From Candidatus Iainarchaeum sp. (lineage in GTDB: Archaea > Iainarchaeota > Iainarchaeia > Iainarchaeales > UBA10219), in the NCBI GenBank assembly GCA_018304425.1, contig JAGVWE010000003.1, positions 1 to 64,000 on the forward strand: a stretch of DNA of 64,000 nucleotides. Reading direction: 5' to 3'. The notes under the pieces were generated by a model, which was not told the DNA's origin, ran no database searches, and saw nothing but the letters and a program-made list of their open reading frames with translations. A program made the translations under genes and the position numbers. Of the stretch, positions 55,693 to 63,290 are shown piece after piece. The stretch's first letter is position 1. Each line of letters begins with the position of its first letter.

Positions 55693-56430
55693 ATGTATTC
55701 CAAGGCATTGGGGGAACTTGGGTTGAGTCCCAACGAGGCCAAGGTCTACGAGGCCCTGCTCGACCTGGGCCTTGCCTCCATTGACAAGCTAGCCGTGCAG
55801 AGCCAGGTACACCGGCGGAACGTCTATGACTCCGTGGAAAAGCTGGTGGCAAAGGGCCTTGCGAGCCCCGAGTTCCGGGAAAAAAAGCGGTTGTTCAAGG
55901 CCACGAATCCCAGGCGGTTGCTGATGCTGGTCAGGGAACGGGAGGCGCTCGTGGAATCGGTGCTGCCCGCGCTCGAGCAGAAGTTCCAGAAAGCCGTGGT
56001 CGAAGAAGAAGCCGTCATCTACCACGGCTTCGAGGGCGTGAAGAACTACTTGAATGACTTGCTGGAAGTCGGCGAACCCGCGTACTTCCTTGCGGCGAAA
56101 GGCTATTGGCTGCACCCAAAACTCAAATACTTCACGCCGAAATTCGACCGGGAACGCGTGAAGCGCGGCATTCCCATGCATCACTTGTTCGACGAGGAAG
56201 TCAAGACCCGGTGTCCGGAGATACTGAAACTGGAGCTCAACCACTACCGGTTCATCCCAAAAGAATTCGGCAGCCCGGGCCTGGTCGACTTCTTCGGCGA
56301 CCACGTTTACCTCTTCCATGTCGTGGAAGACAACCCCGTGCAATTCAAAATCGTCTCCAAGCCCATCGCGGAAAGCTTCCGCACCTATTTCCGGTTCATG
56401 TGGCAATTCGCCGAGAAGGGAAACGAGTGA
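55693..56430 (+). CDS. TrmB-family transcriptional regulator
   Basis: LGLSPNEAKVYEALL...RRNVYDSVEKLVAKGL...NP wHTH, plus a C-terminal effector domain. Confidence 0.88.
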   Translation: MYSKALGELGLSPNEAKVYEALLDLGLASIDKLAVQSQVHRRNVYDSVEKLVAKGLASPEFREKKRLFKATNPRRLLMLVREREALVESVLPALEQKFQKAVVEEEAVIYHGFEGVKNYLNDLLEVGEPAYFLAAKGYWLHPKLKYFTPKFDRERVKRGIPMHHLFDEEVKTRCPEILKLELNHYRFIPKEFGSPGLVDFFGDHVYLFHVVEDNPVQFKIVSKPIAESFRTYFRFMWQFAEKGNE

Positions 56431-56451
56431 CGCCTGCAGCCAGGCCGCCGT

Positions 56452-57717
56452 TCACTTGAAGTAGTTTGTCTGGCCCCGGGCTTCCAGGCCTTCCTCGATG
56501 CGGAGCAACTGGTTGTACTTGGCGGTGCGCTCGCTGCGGCAGGGGGCACCCGACTTGATCTGGCCGCAGCCCAGGCCCACGGCAAGGTCCGCGATGAACG
56601 AATCCTCGGTTTCCCCGCTGCGGTGCGAGACCATGACCTTCCAGCCGTTTTTCCTGGCCAGGGAAGCGGCTTCAAGGGCTTCCGAGACCGTTCCAATCTG
56701 GTTGACCTTCAACAACAAGGCGTTACAGGCCTCCTCCATCAGCGCCTTGCGGATGCGCACCGGGTTGGACACCAGCAGGTCATCCCCGACCACCTGGGCC
56801 ACGTTGCCCACTTCGGCCGTGAAGTCCGACCAGTTCAGCCAGTCATCCTCCGCGAACGGGTCCTCAAAGGAGTAAACGTCGTAGGTCTTCTTCAAGTCGA
56901 AGTAGACTTCCATGAGCTCGGGCCCGGAAAGCCGTTTGCCCGCCAACGTATAGGCTTCATCGGCGTAAAACCCGCTGGCCGCCGAGTCCAAGGCCAAGCG
57001 CACGACATCCGAGTAACCGAGTTCCTGCACGGCCGACAAAATCAATTCAATGGGCTCCCGGACTTCCTTGAGAGGCGGAGCAAAGCCACCCTCGTCGCCC
57101 ACATTGACTGCTTGCTTGCCGTACTTGGCCACTATTTTTTTCTTGAGCGTCTGGTAGATTTCGGCCACGATTTGGATGCCTTCCGCGAACGACTTGGCGC
57201 CCAAGGGCATGACCATGAATTCCTGGATGTCCAACTCGTTGCCGGCGTGCGCGCCTCCATTGATGAGGTTGCTGGCAGGGCAGGGAAGCACGAACCGGTC
57301 GTTGGCGGCCAGGAAGCCGATGAACTCGTGCAAGGGAATGCCTTGCACCCGCGCGCTTTCCCGGCAGGCCGCCATGCTCGCGGAAAGAATGGCGTTCGCG
57401 CCCAGCCTCGACTTGTTGGGCGTGCCATCCAGGGCCAGCAAGGCATTGTCCACTACCCTTTGGTCGGTTACATCCAGGCCCACCAAGGCCTTCGCAATGG
57501 CCGTGTTCACGTTGGTTACGGCCATCGTCACGCTCTTGCCCAGGAAACAGTGGTCGTTGTCCCGCAGTTCCAGCGCCTCGTGAACGCCCGTGGAAGCCCC
57601 ACTGGGCACCATGGCCCGCGAGAAGCCGCTGGATGTGTGCACCTCGCATTCAACGGTTGGGTTGCCGCGGCTGTCCAGGACCTGCCGCGCGAAAACCCGG
57701 GAAATCTTTTCAACCAT
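56452..57717 (-). CDS. eno: Enolase
   Basis: DSRGNPTVE, PSGASTG, GDEGGFAP, KVNQIG, SHRSGETED and KYNQLLRIEE motifs. Confidence 0.97.
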   Translation of the reverse strand: MVEKISRVFARQVLDSRGNPTVECEVHTSSGFSRAMVPSGASTGVHEALELRDNDHCFLGKSVTMAVTNVNTAIAKALVGLDVTDQRVVDNALLALDGTPNKSRLGANAILSASMAACRESARVQGIPLHEFIGFLAANDRFVLPCPASNLINGGAHAGNELDIQEFMVMPLGAKSFAEGIQIVAEIYQTLKKKIVAKYGKQAVNVGDEGGFAPPLKEVREPIELILSAVQELGYSDVVRLALDSAASGFYADEAYTLAGKRLSGPELMEVYFDLKKTYDVYSFEDPFAEDDWLNWSDFTAEVGNVAQVVGDDLLVSNPVRIRKALMEEACNALLLKVNQIGTVSEALEAASLARKNGWKVMVSHRSGETEDSFIADLAVGLGCGQIKSGAPCRSERTAKYNQLLRIEEGLEARGQTNYFK

Positions 57718-57761
57718 GTTTGGTCCGCCTAGATTGACGCCCACACTTAATTAAAGCTTAA

Positions 57762-58499
57762 TCAAAGTTTTACGCTGGCCTCCCCTATGCGGGGCAACCG
57801 GTTGACCAGGCCCGAGACAATCTTGTCGCCGATGAGCTGCTTGCGCATGCGGCCATAACAGAAGGCGTCAAACGCGCCATAGCGGGGTGCGGGAAACTTG
57901 CCCAGCACCAGCTTCCAGACGTCCGGCCAGGCGCGCTTGAGATAGGTCAGGCCCCCAATCATTTCCTGGGGCGGCTGGTTGCGCTCGCTCAGGGAGTCCT
58001 TGACCAACGCGAAATCGATTTTCGAGACCAGCCGCGTGTAATAGCCGTCCGTCCACAGGTCGTGGCCAATGAGCACCATCCGCTCCCGGGGGATGCCGGA
58101 GACCGTCGCATAATTGGTTATCGCCACCTGCTTGAAGTACTCGTCCTTGAATTCGGGGTCTTTTTCCAGTTGCGTGAGGTAGCGCTGCCGGTCGAGCTTT
58201 TCCATGCCCTCGACGTAGCTGCCGGTAACCGAGTGGATGCGGGCCTGCCGGAAGTGGCCGGAAACCCCGGAAGCCGCCTGCAAGCGCTCCAGGGCCCGGG
58301 TCTGGCTGGAAGAAACGAGCAAGTGTTTTTCGAAGTCGAAGGCGTCCTCCAGGTGGGAAAGGTTTTCCAGAATTTCCCTGACCTTGCCGAAGGCATCCGC
58401 CTTGGACTGCACCTGGCCCGGCACCAGGACATCGCCCAAGCAGAAAAACAGGCATGTCTTCTTGAGCTGTTCCTGCCGGATGCCCTTCACCGAAAACAT
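57762..58499 (-). CDS. HAD-superfamily-like protein with degenerate motif I
   Basis: FFCLGDVLV at the motif I position, K in YFKQ, and motif IV-like IGHDLWTDG. Confidence 0.55.
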   Translation of the reverse strand: MFSVKGIRQEQLKKTCLFFCLGDVLVPGQVQSKADAFGKVREILENLSHLEDAFDFEKHLLVSSSQTRALERLQAASGVSGHFRQARIHSVTGSYVEGMEKLDRQRYLTQLEKDPEFKDEYFKQVAITNYATVSGIPRERMVLIGHDLWTDGYYTRLVSKIDFALVKDSLSERNQPPQEMIGGLTYLKRAWPDVWKLVLGKFPAPRYGAFDAFCYGRMRKQLIGDKIVSGLVNRLPRIGEASVKL

Positions 58500-58563
58500 G
58501 AACCATGAGAAGGCACAAACCTATTTAAACCCTTGACCACCCAAGTCTATTGTGTGGGATGGC

Positions 58564-59514
58564 ATGGCCGAACCGCTCCTGTTTTTCACCGGAAATTCGA
58601 ACCCCGAACTGGCCAAGGAAATCGCTTCCCACTTGAAGGCGCGGCTCGGCGACGCAACTGTCACCAAGTTCCAGAACGGGGAAACCTATGCCCGGTTCAA
58701 CCAGAGCGTGCGCGGCAAGGACATCTTCATCCTGCAGAGCCTCTGCGAGCCCGTGAACGATAACCTCATGGAGCTCCTGGTGCTGGCGGATGCGGCCAAG
58801 CGCAGCAGCGCCGAAACCATTAACGCGGTCATCCCCTGGTACGGCTACAGCCTCCAAGACCGGCAGACCCAGCCCAGGGAACCGATTACCGCGAAACTCG
58901 TGGCCAACCTCCTGCAGACCGCCGGAATCAACCGGATACTCACCATGGACCTACACGTCGGCCAAATCCAGGGCTTCTTCGACATCCCCGTGGACCACGT
59001 CACGGCAATTCCCTTGTTCGCCGACTACTTGAAGAAGCAAAAACTGCACAACCCCGTGGTGGTGAGCCCGGACGCGGGAGGCACGAAACGCGCGCGCATC
59101 CTGGCCAAGGAATTGAATGCCCCCATCGCCATGATTGACAAGCGAAGGCCCAAGCCCGGCGAAGCCGAAATCATGAACGTGGTGGGAGAGGTAAACGGGA
59201 AGACCTGCATCGTCGTGGACGACATCGTCAACAGCGGTTCCACGCTGGCCCCGGTATCGAAGGCGCTGCTGGCACGAGGGGCCACCGGCATCTACATCTG
59301 CGCCACGCATCCCATCCTCTGCGGACCCGCGGTCCAGCGGCTGAAAGAAACCCAGGCCAAGGAAATTGTTTTGACGAACACCATTCCCGTTTCCAAGGAA
59401 AAGCGCCTGCCAAACGTGCGCATCCTTTCCGTGGGCAAACTGCTGGCGGACGCCATCCAGATGATGCACGCCCACAAGTCGTTGAGCGACAAGTTCGAGC
59501 AGCCCCTCCAGTAA
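58564..59514 (+). CDS. prs: Ribose-phosphate pyrophosphokinase
   Basis: F.NGE, VNDNLMEL, MDLH..QIQGFFDIPVD, VSPDAGG and DDIVNSGST motifs. Confidence 0.95.
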   Translation: MAEPLLFFTGNSNPELAKEIASHLKARLGDATVTKFQNGETYARFNQSVRGKDIFILQSLCEPVNDNLMELLVLADAAKRSSAETINAVIPWYGYSLQDRQTQPREPITAKLVANLLQTAGINRILTMDLHVGQIQGFFDIPVDHVTAIPLFADYLKKQKLHNPVVVSPDAGGTKRARILAKELNAPIAMIDKRRPKPGEAEIMNVVGEVNGKTCIVVDDIVNSGSTLAPVSKALLARGATGIYICATHPILCGPAVQRLKETQAKEIVLTNTIPVSKEKRLPNVRILSVGKLLADAIQMMHAHKSLSDKFEQPLQ

Positions 59515-59520
59515 TCGAGG

Positions 59521-59739
59521 ATGATGGACTTGACCAAGTGCGGTTTCTGTGGCGCTCTTGCGACCAAGATGAGCGACGAGGGCTTCCCGTCCTGCGCGCG
59601 GCATTCGGGAAAAAAGGCGGCTGCGCCTTCCTGCCCTGACTGTGGTTCCGTGATGGCCCTGCGCAGGGGCAAGTTCGGGAGCTTCTGGGGCTGCATAACC
59701 TACCCCAACTGCATCGGCATCCGGAAGATGGGGGCATAG
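59521..59739 (+). CDS. Small Zn-finger protein (topoisomerase C4-type finger)
   Basis: CGFC...C..H plus CPDCG...RRGKFGSFWGCITYPNC. Confidence 0.8.
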   Translation: MMDLTKCGFCGALATKMSDEGFPSCARHSGKKAAAPSCPDCGSVMALRRGKFGSFWGCITYPNCIGIRKMGA

Positions 59740-59744
59740 GCAGG

Positions 59745-60173
59745 CTAGGGCTTACAGTAAAGCCCTTTCAGCCCGGTGGCTTCCTCGGTTTTGCGGTAAA
59801 CCCGGGCTTTGGACGCCAGCAGGGTTATCTCGTTGGTCACATGCACCACGGCATTGAATAAATGGCCGCCCCAGGCCTTGTGACCCGAGTCCCCGATGCA
59901 GGCATGCAAGTGGAAGTCAAAGCCTTTTTCGGCGTTCCGCGAAAACAGGCCGGAGAGGGCCACCAGTTCGACGGCTTCCTTCCACGTTCGCCGAAGATAT
60001 TCGCCTTTTTTCACGAAATAGCCGAGCTCGCACTCGCCGAAGGCGCCTAGGCCTGAGGCAATGACGGCTGTCCGGAGTTTGTGCTTCCGGCCCACGGCTT
60101 CAAGGGAGGCGTGCACGTTTTCCCCTGGAAACAAGCGCACGAAGACCAGGTTGCCTTGCATTTTGGACTGCAT
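59745..60173 (-). CDS. PPC/DUF296 domain protein
   Basis: VRLFPGE, GLGA, ELVALSG, HLHAC, GGHL and TNEI motifs. Confidence 0.88.
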   Translation of the reverse strand: MQSKMQGNLVFVRLFPGENVHASLEAVGRKHKLRTAVIASGLGAFGECELGYFVKKGEYLRRTWKEAVELVALSGLFSRNAEKGFDFHLHACIGDSGHKAWGGHLFNAVVHVTNEITLLASKARVYRKTEEATGLKGLYCKP

Positions 60174-60215
60174 CTAACCACAAGAAAAACGACGGATGCC
60201 CTTAAATAGGTTGCT

Positions 60216-60265
60216 AAAAAAAAGGCCGGGAAAAAAAGGTGCAAGTATAAAAACCTTCCCGGCCT
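60216..60265 (-). terminator. GC hairpin followed by a U-run on the minus strand
   Basis: AGGCCGGGAA (60223-60232) pairs with TTCCCGGCCT (60256-60265); an A-run at 60216-60222 reads as U on the minus strand. Confidence 0.5.
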
Positions 60266-60409
60266 GTCGATGTAACAATCAATACAAAAAAAATTTTGTC
60301 ACGCGGTTAACTTAACAACTCGTGCAAGTTTTACAAAGTCTTTTATAAAAGGTTGAACATAGTATTGGTCGAGGTGGTTAAACACAAAAAGTTTAACTAA
60401 CTTAGTTCA

Positions 60410-60478
60410 ATGGTTTGGAGGCAGGCTCACTCTGCTAATAGAGTAACATTGTTCTCATGGTCCAGTCCTCCAAACCAT
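60410..60478. ncRNA. Candidate structured small RNA
   Basis: 12-bp closing stem ATGGTTTGGAGG/CCTCCAAACCAT encloses the inner hairpin ACTCT-GCTAAT-AGAGT; TATA-like elements upstream and a pyrimidine tract downstream. Confidence 0.4.
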
Positions 60479-60569
60479 CCCATTTCTCCTGCTTCTTTCC
60501 CGTTGTTTCCGGGCCCCGCCTTGCGCGCTTTGCGGGTGGAAAGATTTTTTAATGCGAACAACGTAGTTA

Positions 60570-60734
60570 ATGGGTGAAACCGTGAGTGGAACCAGTAGTG
60601 CGGCCGCGATGTTCTTGATTGGCATGGTGGTGGGCAGGTTTTTGCCGGCGTTCCCCGAGCCCTTTGGGGTCGTGAACCAGTTCCTGCCCCTCCTCCTCAT
60701 CGCCTTGGCGCTCTTGCTCTTCGTCCGGGGCTGA
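60570..60734 (+). CDS. 54-aa two-helix membrane protein (not in ORF track)
   Basis: MGETVSGTSSAAAMFLIGMVVGRFLPAFPEPFGVVNQFLPLLLIALALLLFVRG; TTTTTTAA upstream. Confidence 0.6.
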   Translation: MGETVSGTSSAAAMFLIGMVVGRFLPAFPEPFGVVNQFLPLLLIALALLLFVRG

Positions 60735-60741
60735 AACAGGC

Positions 60742-61161
60742 TTACCAGCGGCGTTTTCGGGGCTTCTTGGCCTTGCCCGGCCGCTTCCGGGCGGGCTTTT
60801 TGCGGGCGACCCCTCGGCGCCCCGCCTTCCGGGGGCGGGAAACCGGGCCCGGCTTCAAGCCCAGCGCGCGGGCGGACAACAGGCGAGCCAACTCCACGCT
60901 TTGCTCGTGCAGCGAGGGCGGAATCAATCCAATGGCTTTGAAGACCCCGGCCTTCACCCGGTAATGGCGTTCGAGGAGGCTGCCGAGTTCTTCGATGGAG
61001 GCACTGGACGCCTCGCCTTCGACGGCCAAGACAAACGAGTGAATGGCGTGACCCAACTCGGTTAAACCCTTTTTCCGCGCCTCGGCACCCCGCGCGGCCT
61101 TGACCGCTTCGGCCTGGGCCAAGGCCTTCCGGTCAACGGCTTCCGCAAGCAAACCCAACAA
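60742..61161 (-). CDS. Hypothetical protein with Lys/Arg-rich C-terminal tail
   Basis: GGAGG precedes TTG; helical body then RKKPARKRPGKAKKPRKRRW. Confidence 0.55.
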   Translation of the reverse strand: MLGLLAEAVDRKALAQAEAVKAARGAEARKKGLTELGHAIHSFVLAVEGEASSASIEELGSLLERHYRVKAGVFKAIGLIPPSLHEQSVELARLLSARALGLKPGPVSRPRKAGRRGVARKKPARKRPGKAKKPRKRRW

Positions 61162-61241
61162 AACCCTCCAACCATTGAAGGCAATAAACGTATTTAAATA
61201 GATTCGCGTCCAAATTAACTCATTCAATCGGAGGTCATTCC

Positions 61242-61406
61242 ATGGGAAAAGAGCTTTCAAAGGAACTGCTGGAAGTCCTGGCCTGCCCGGCCTGCAAGGG
61301 AGACCTGGACTACCAGAAAGCAAAAGACCAACTGGTCTGCAAGAACAAGGCCTGCAAGCGCGCCTACAAAGTCGAAGACGGCATCCCGATCATGCTCGTG
61401 GAGTGA
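61242..61406 (+). CDS. Trm112/YcaR-family methyltransferase activator (not in ORF track)
   Basis: LLEVLACPACKGDL...LVC...C...YKVEDGIPIML; GGAGG upstream. Confidence 0.9.
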   Translation: MGKELSKELLEVLACPACKGDLDYQKAKDQLVCKNKACKRAYKVEDGIPIMLVE

Positions 61407-62094
61407 CCTTCCTTGGACGTCGGGTGCGCTGGGAAGCCAAGGACCTGATTAAAGGAGCGGATTTCCGACCCGGGCTGTGCTTTTTTCTCGGTGCTTCAGG
61501 CGACAACACAAACCCTTCGGCCAATAAACTTTTCCGCAGCCGCTTACGGGCGCGCCACAAGCGCTGGTCAACTGCGTTTCTTTTCAGTCCGAGTACGGCT
61601 GCAATCTCTTCTGGTGTCTTATCGCCTTGAATGGACAACCGCAATACTGCCGCCTCCCTAGGGGGCAGCAAGCCAATCGCATTTTCAATTAAGGCAACGG
61701 CTTCACGGCTTTCCAGTGTATAATGGCGCGTTCTCCGCGCACGATAACGCTCTTCCGCATCTGCGGGAAGTTGGCGGAGCGGATGGCTACGTTGGGTACG
61801 CCATTCCAGTAAAAAAGTGTTCTTCACGCCGCGTGTCAAATATCCAATCAAGCCATCCTCCGTTTTGGCTACCAGTTTCCCTGTAACCCAATTCCATGCG
61901 ACCTCGGCTGCCCGCGCACGCATCAGTTCACGCAAATGACGTGTGGAGAGATTGCGATATTCAGGCAGCAGGTGTCTGTAAAGGATCCGCCCCATGGCAC
62001 TATCCCAACCCGGCCGCGTCCTGTCGAGCATGGCCAGTAAATCTTCTATCGCACGGTTGTCACTAGCCGTATACCCGTGAACTGGACCTGACAT
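61390..62094 (-). CDS. ECF sigma-70-like protein (regions 2 and 4)
   Basis: Region 2-like GYLTRGVKNTFLLEWR; region 4 LPPREAAVLRL...TPEEIAAVLGLKRNAVDQRLWRARKRLR; basic tail. Confidence 0.7.
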   Translation of the reverse strand: MSGPVHGYTASDNRAIEDLLAMLDRTRPGWDSAMGRILYRHLLPEYRNLSTRHLRELMRARAAEVAWNWVTGKLVAKTEDGLIGYLTRGVKNTFLLEWRTQRSHPLRQLPADAEERYRARRTRHYTLESREAVALIENAIGLLPPREAAVLRLSIQGDKTPEEIAAVLGLKRNAVDQRLWRARKRLRKSLLAEGFVLSPEAPRKKHSPGRKSAPLIRSLASQRTRRPRKVTPRA

Positions 62095-62147
62095 ACACCA
62101 GATACACACACGACCCCAAATAAAAAGGTTACCTTCCTTCCTCTGTC

Positions 62148-62627
62148 ATGGACCTCTTGTTCCACCTGCTCATCCCCTACACGCTTTTGCGGCTCCGGGG
62201 TTATGGCAACCGCTACCTGGTCCCGTTGGCGGTGCTGGCCGTCCTCCCCGACCTCGACCGGTTCGCGTGGCTGCGGCGAAGCTGGCACAGCCTCCTCCTG
62301 GGCCTTGCGCTGGTTGCCCTGGCCTGGTTCTTGGCGCGCAAGCGGGCGGACGGCAAACGCATCACTTTCATCAGCGGGTTCTACTTCTTCTCGCACCTCG
62401 CCCTCGACTTGGGCGGGGAAATGGCGTGGCTGTGGCCCCTGGACTCCAGCTACTACGTGGTCACGCCCTACGTGAAGCTCGTCAACCTCTGGCCGATTTT
62501 CGGCGTCGACTTCCAGGTGGTGCCAACCGTGGTCCAAGGCATTGGAACCGTGCTGAGCGCGGCTGGGTTTGGGGTGCTCGGGTTGCTACTGGGGTTGTGG
62601 ACTGTGAACAGCCTGCGACGAAAATAG
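62148..62627 (+). CDS. Membrane-bound metal-dependent hydrolase (YdjM-like)
   Basis: H, LPDLD, R..HS, SHLALD and WLWP motifs. Confidence 0.82.
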   Translation: MDLLFHLLIPYTLLRLRGYGNRYLVPLAVLAVLPDLDRFAWLRRSWHSLLLGLALVALAWFLARKRADGKRITFISGFYFFSHLALDLGGEMAWLWPLDSSYYVVTPYVKLVNLWPIFGVDFQVVPTVVQGIGTVLSAAGFGVLGLLLGLWTVNSLRRK

Positions 62628-62628
62628 T

Positions 62629-63003
62629 TTAGGCGCCTGGAATGAATTCGGCGAACGGCTTGCCGGAAAAGTGCTGGTCGCCGGTGAGCAGTTTCTTCTC
62701 GGCGCTGGCATAGGAATAAATGATGGCGTCCGCCAAGTGCAGGCCCTCAGCCTCGCACAAGTTGCCGGCCTCTATGGCCCGCTCGGCAGTAAGGGGCAGC
62801 ACGAGACTGTTCTGCATGACGTAATCAATGGCTTGATTCCGTTCAGCATCCGAAAATTTCCGTTTGACAAGGATTCTGGTGAGTTCACTTAGGACCAGGG
62901 TTGGCGTTTCGAGGTAGTTCCCTTCCAGCATGGACTTGAAGGGGGAGGCAGCATCCCCAAAATAGGATACCCAAGCATAGGTGTCAACGATATAGGTCTT
63001 CAT
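62629..63003 (-). CDS. vapC: VapC PIN-domain toxin
   Basis: IVDTYAW, LSE, LADAII and LLTGDQHF motifs. Confidence 0.9.
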   Translation of the reverse strand: MKTYIVDTYAWVSYFGDAASPFKSMLEGNYLETPTLVLSELTRILVKRKFSDAERNQAIDYVMQNSLVLPLTAERAIEAGNLCEAEGLHLADAIIYSYASAEKKLLTGDQHFSGKPFAEFIPGA

Positions 63004-63193
63004 GAATTTCTTCCTCGACGATGTCCTTGGTCGAAATGCGCCCGGCTAAGAAACCGGCCAAGCTCTTTTTCTTCTTGAACAGGCCCTCAACCAGGATTTC
63101 GTTGGCTAATTTGGATAGGTTGTCGGGAGAACGTTGGCGGAGCTTGGCGAAGACCGCTTCATCCAACACCAAGGTGGTGCGCACTTTGGACAT
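62984..63193 (-). CDS. vapB: VapB-like RHH antitoxin
   Basis: RTTLVLDE...NLSKLANEIL; overlaps vapC. Confidence 0.75.
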   Translation of the reverse strand: MSKVRTTLVLDEAVFAKLRQRSPDNLSKLANEILVEGLFKKKKSLAGFLAGRISTKDIVEEEIHEDLYR

Positions 63194-63199
63194 AGTACC

Positions 63200-63237
63200 A
63201 GCATATAGCATACAGCATACCTTTTATTTAAGCTTAA
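63200..63237 (-). promoter_or_regulatory. vapBC promoter with three AGCATA direct repeats and TTAAGCTTAA palindrome
   Basis: AGCATA at 63200, 63207 and 63214 (7-nt period), between the TATA region and the start codon. Confidence 0.45.
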
Positions 63238-63290
63238 TTGCTATAAGCTAGGCACCAAAAGCAATATAAAATAATTCGTTGATTGACGAA

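Noticed and set aside
60410-60577. 55-codon ORF starting at the stem-loop (MVWRQAHS...)
   Set aside because: No protein-like pattern; the sequence is better explained by RNA structure and a pyrimidine tract.
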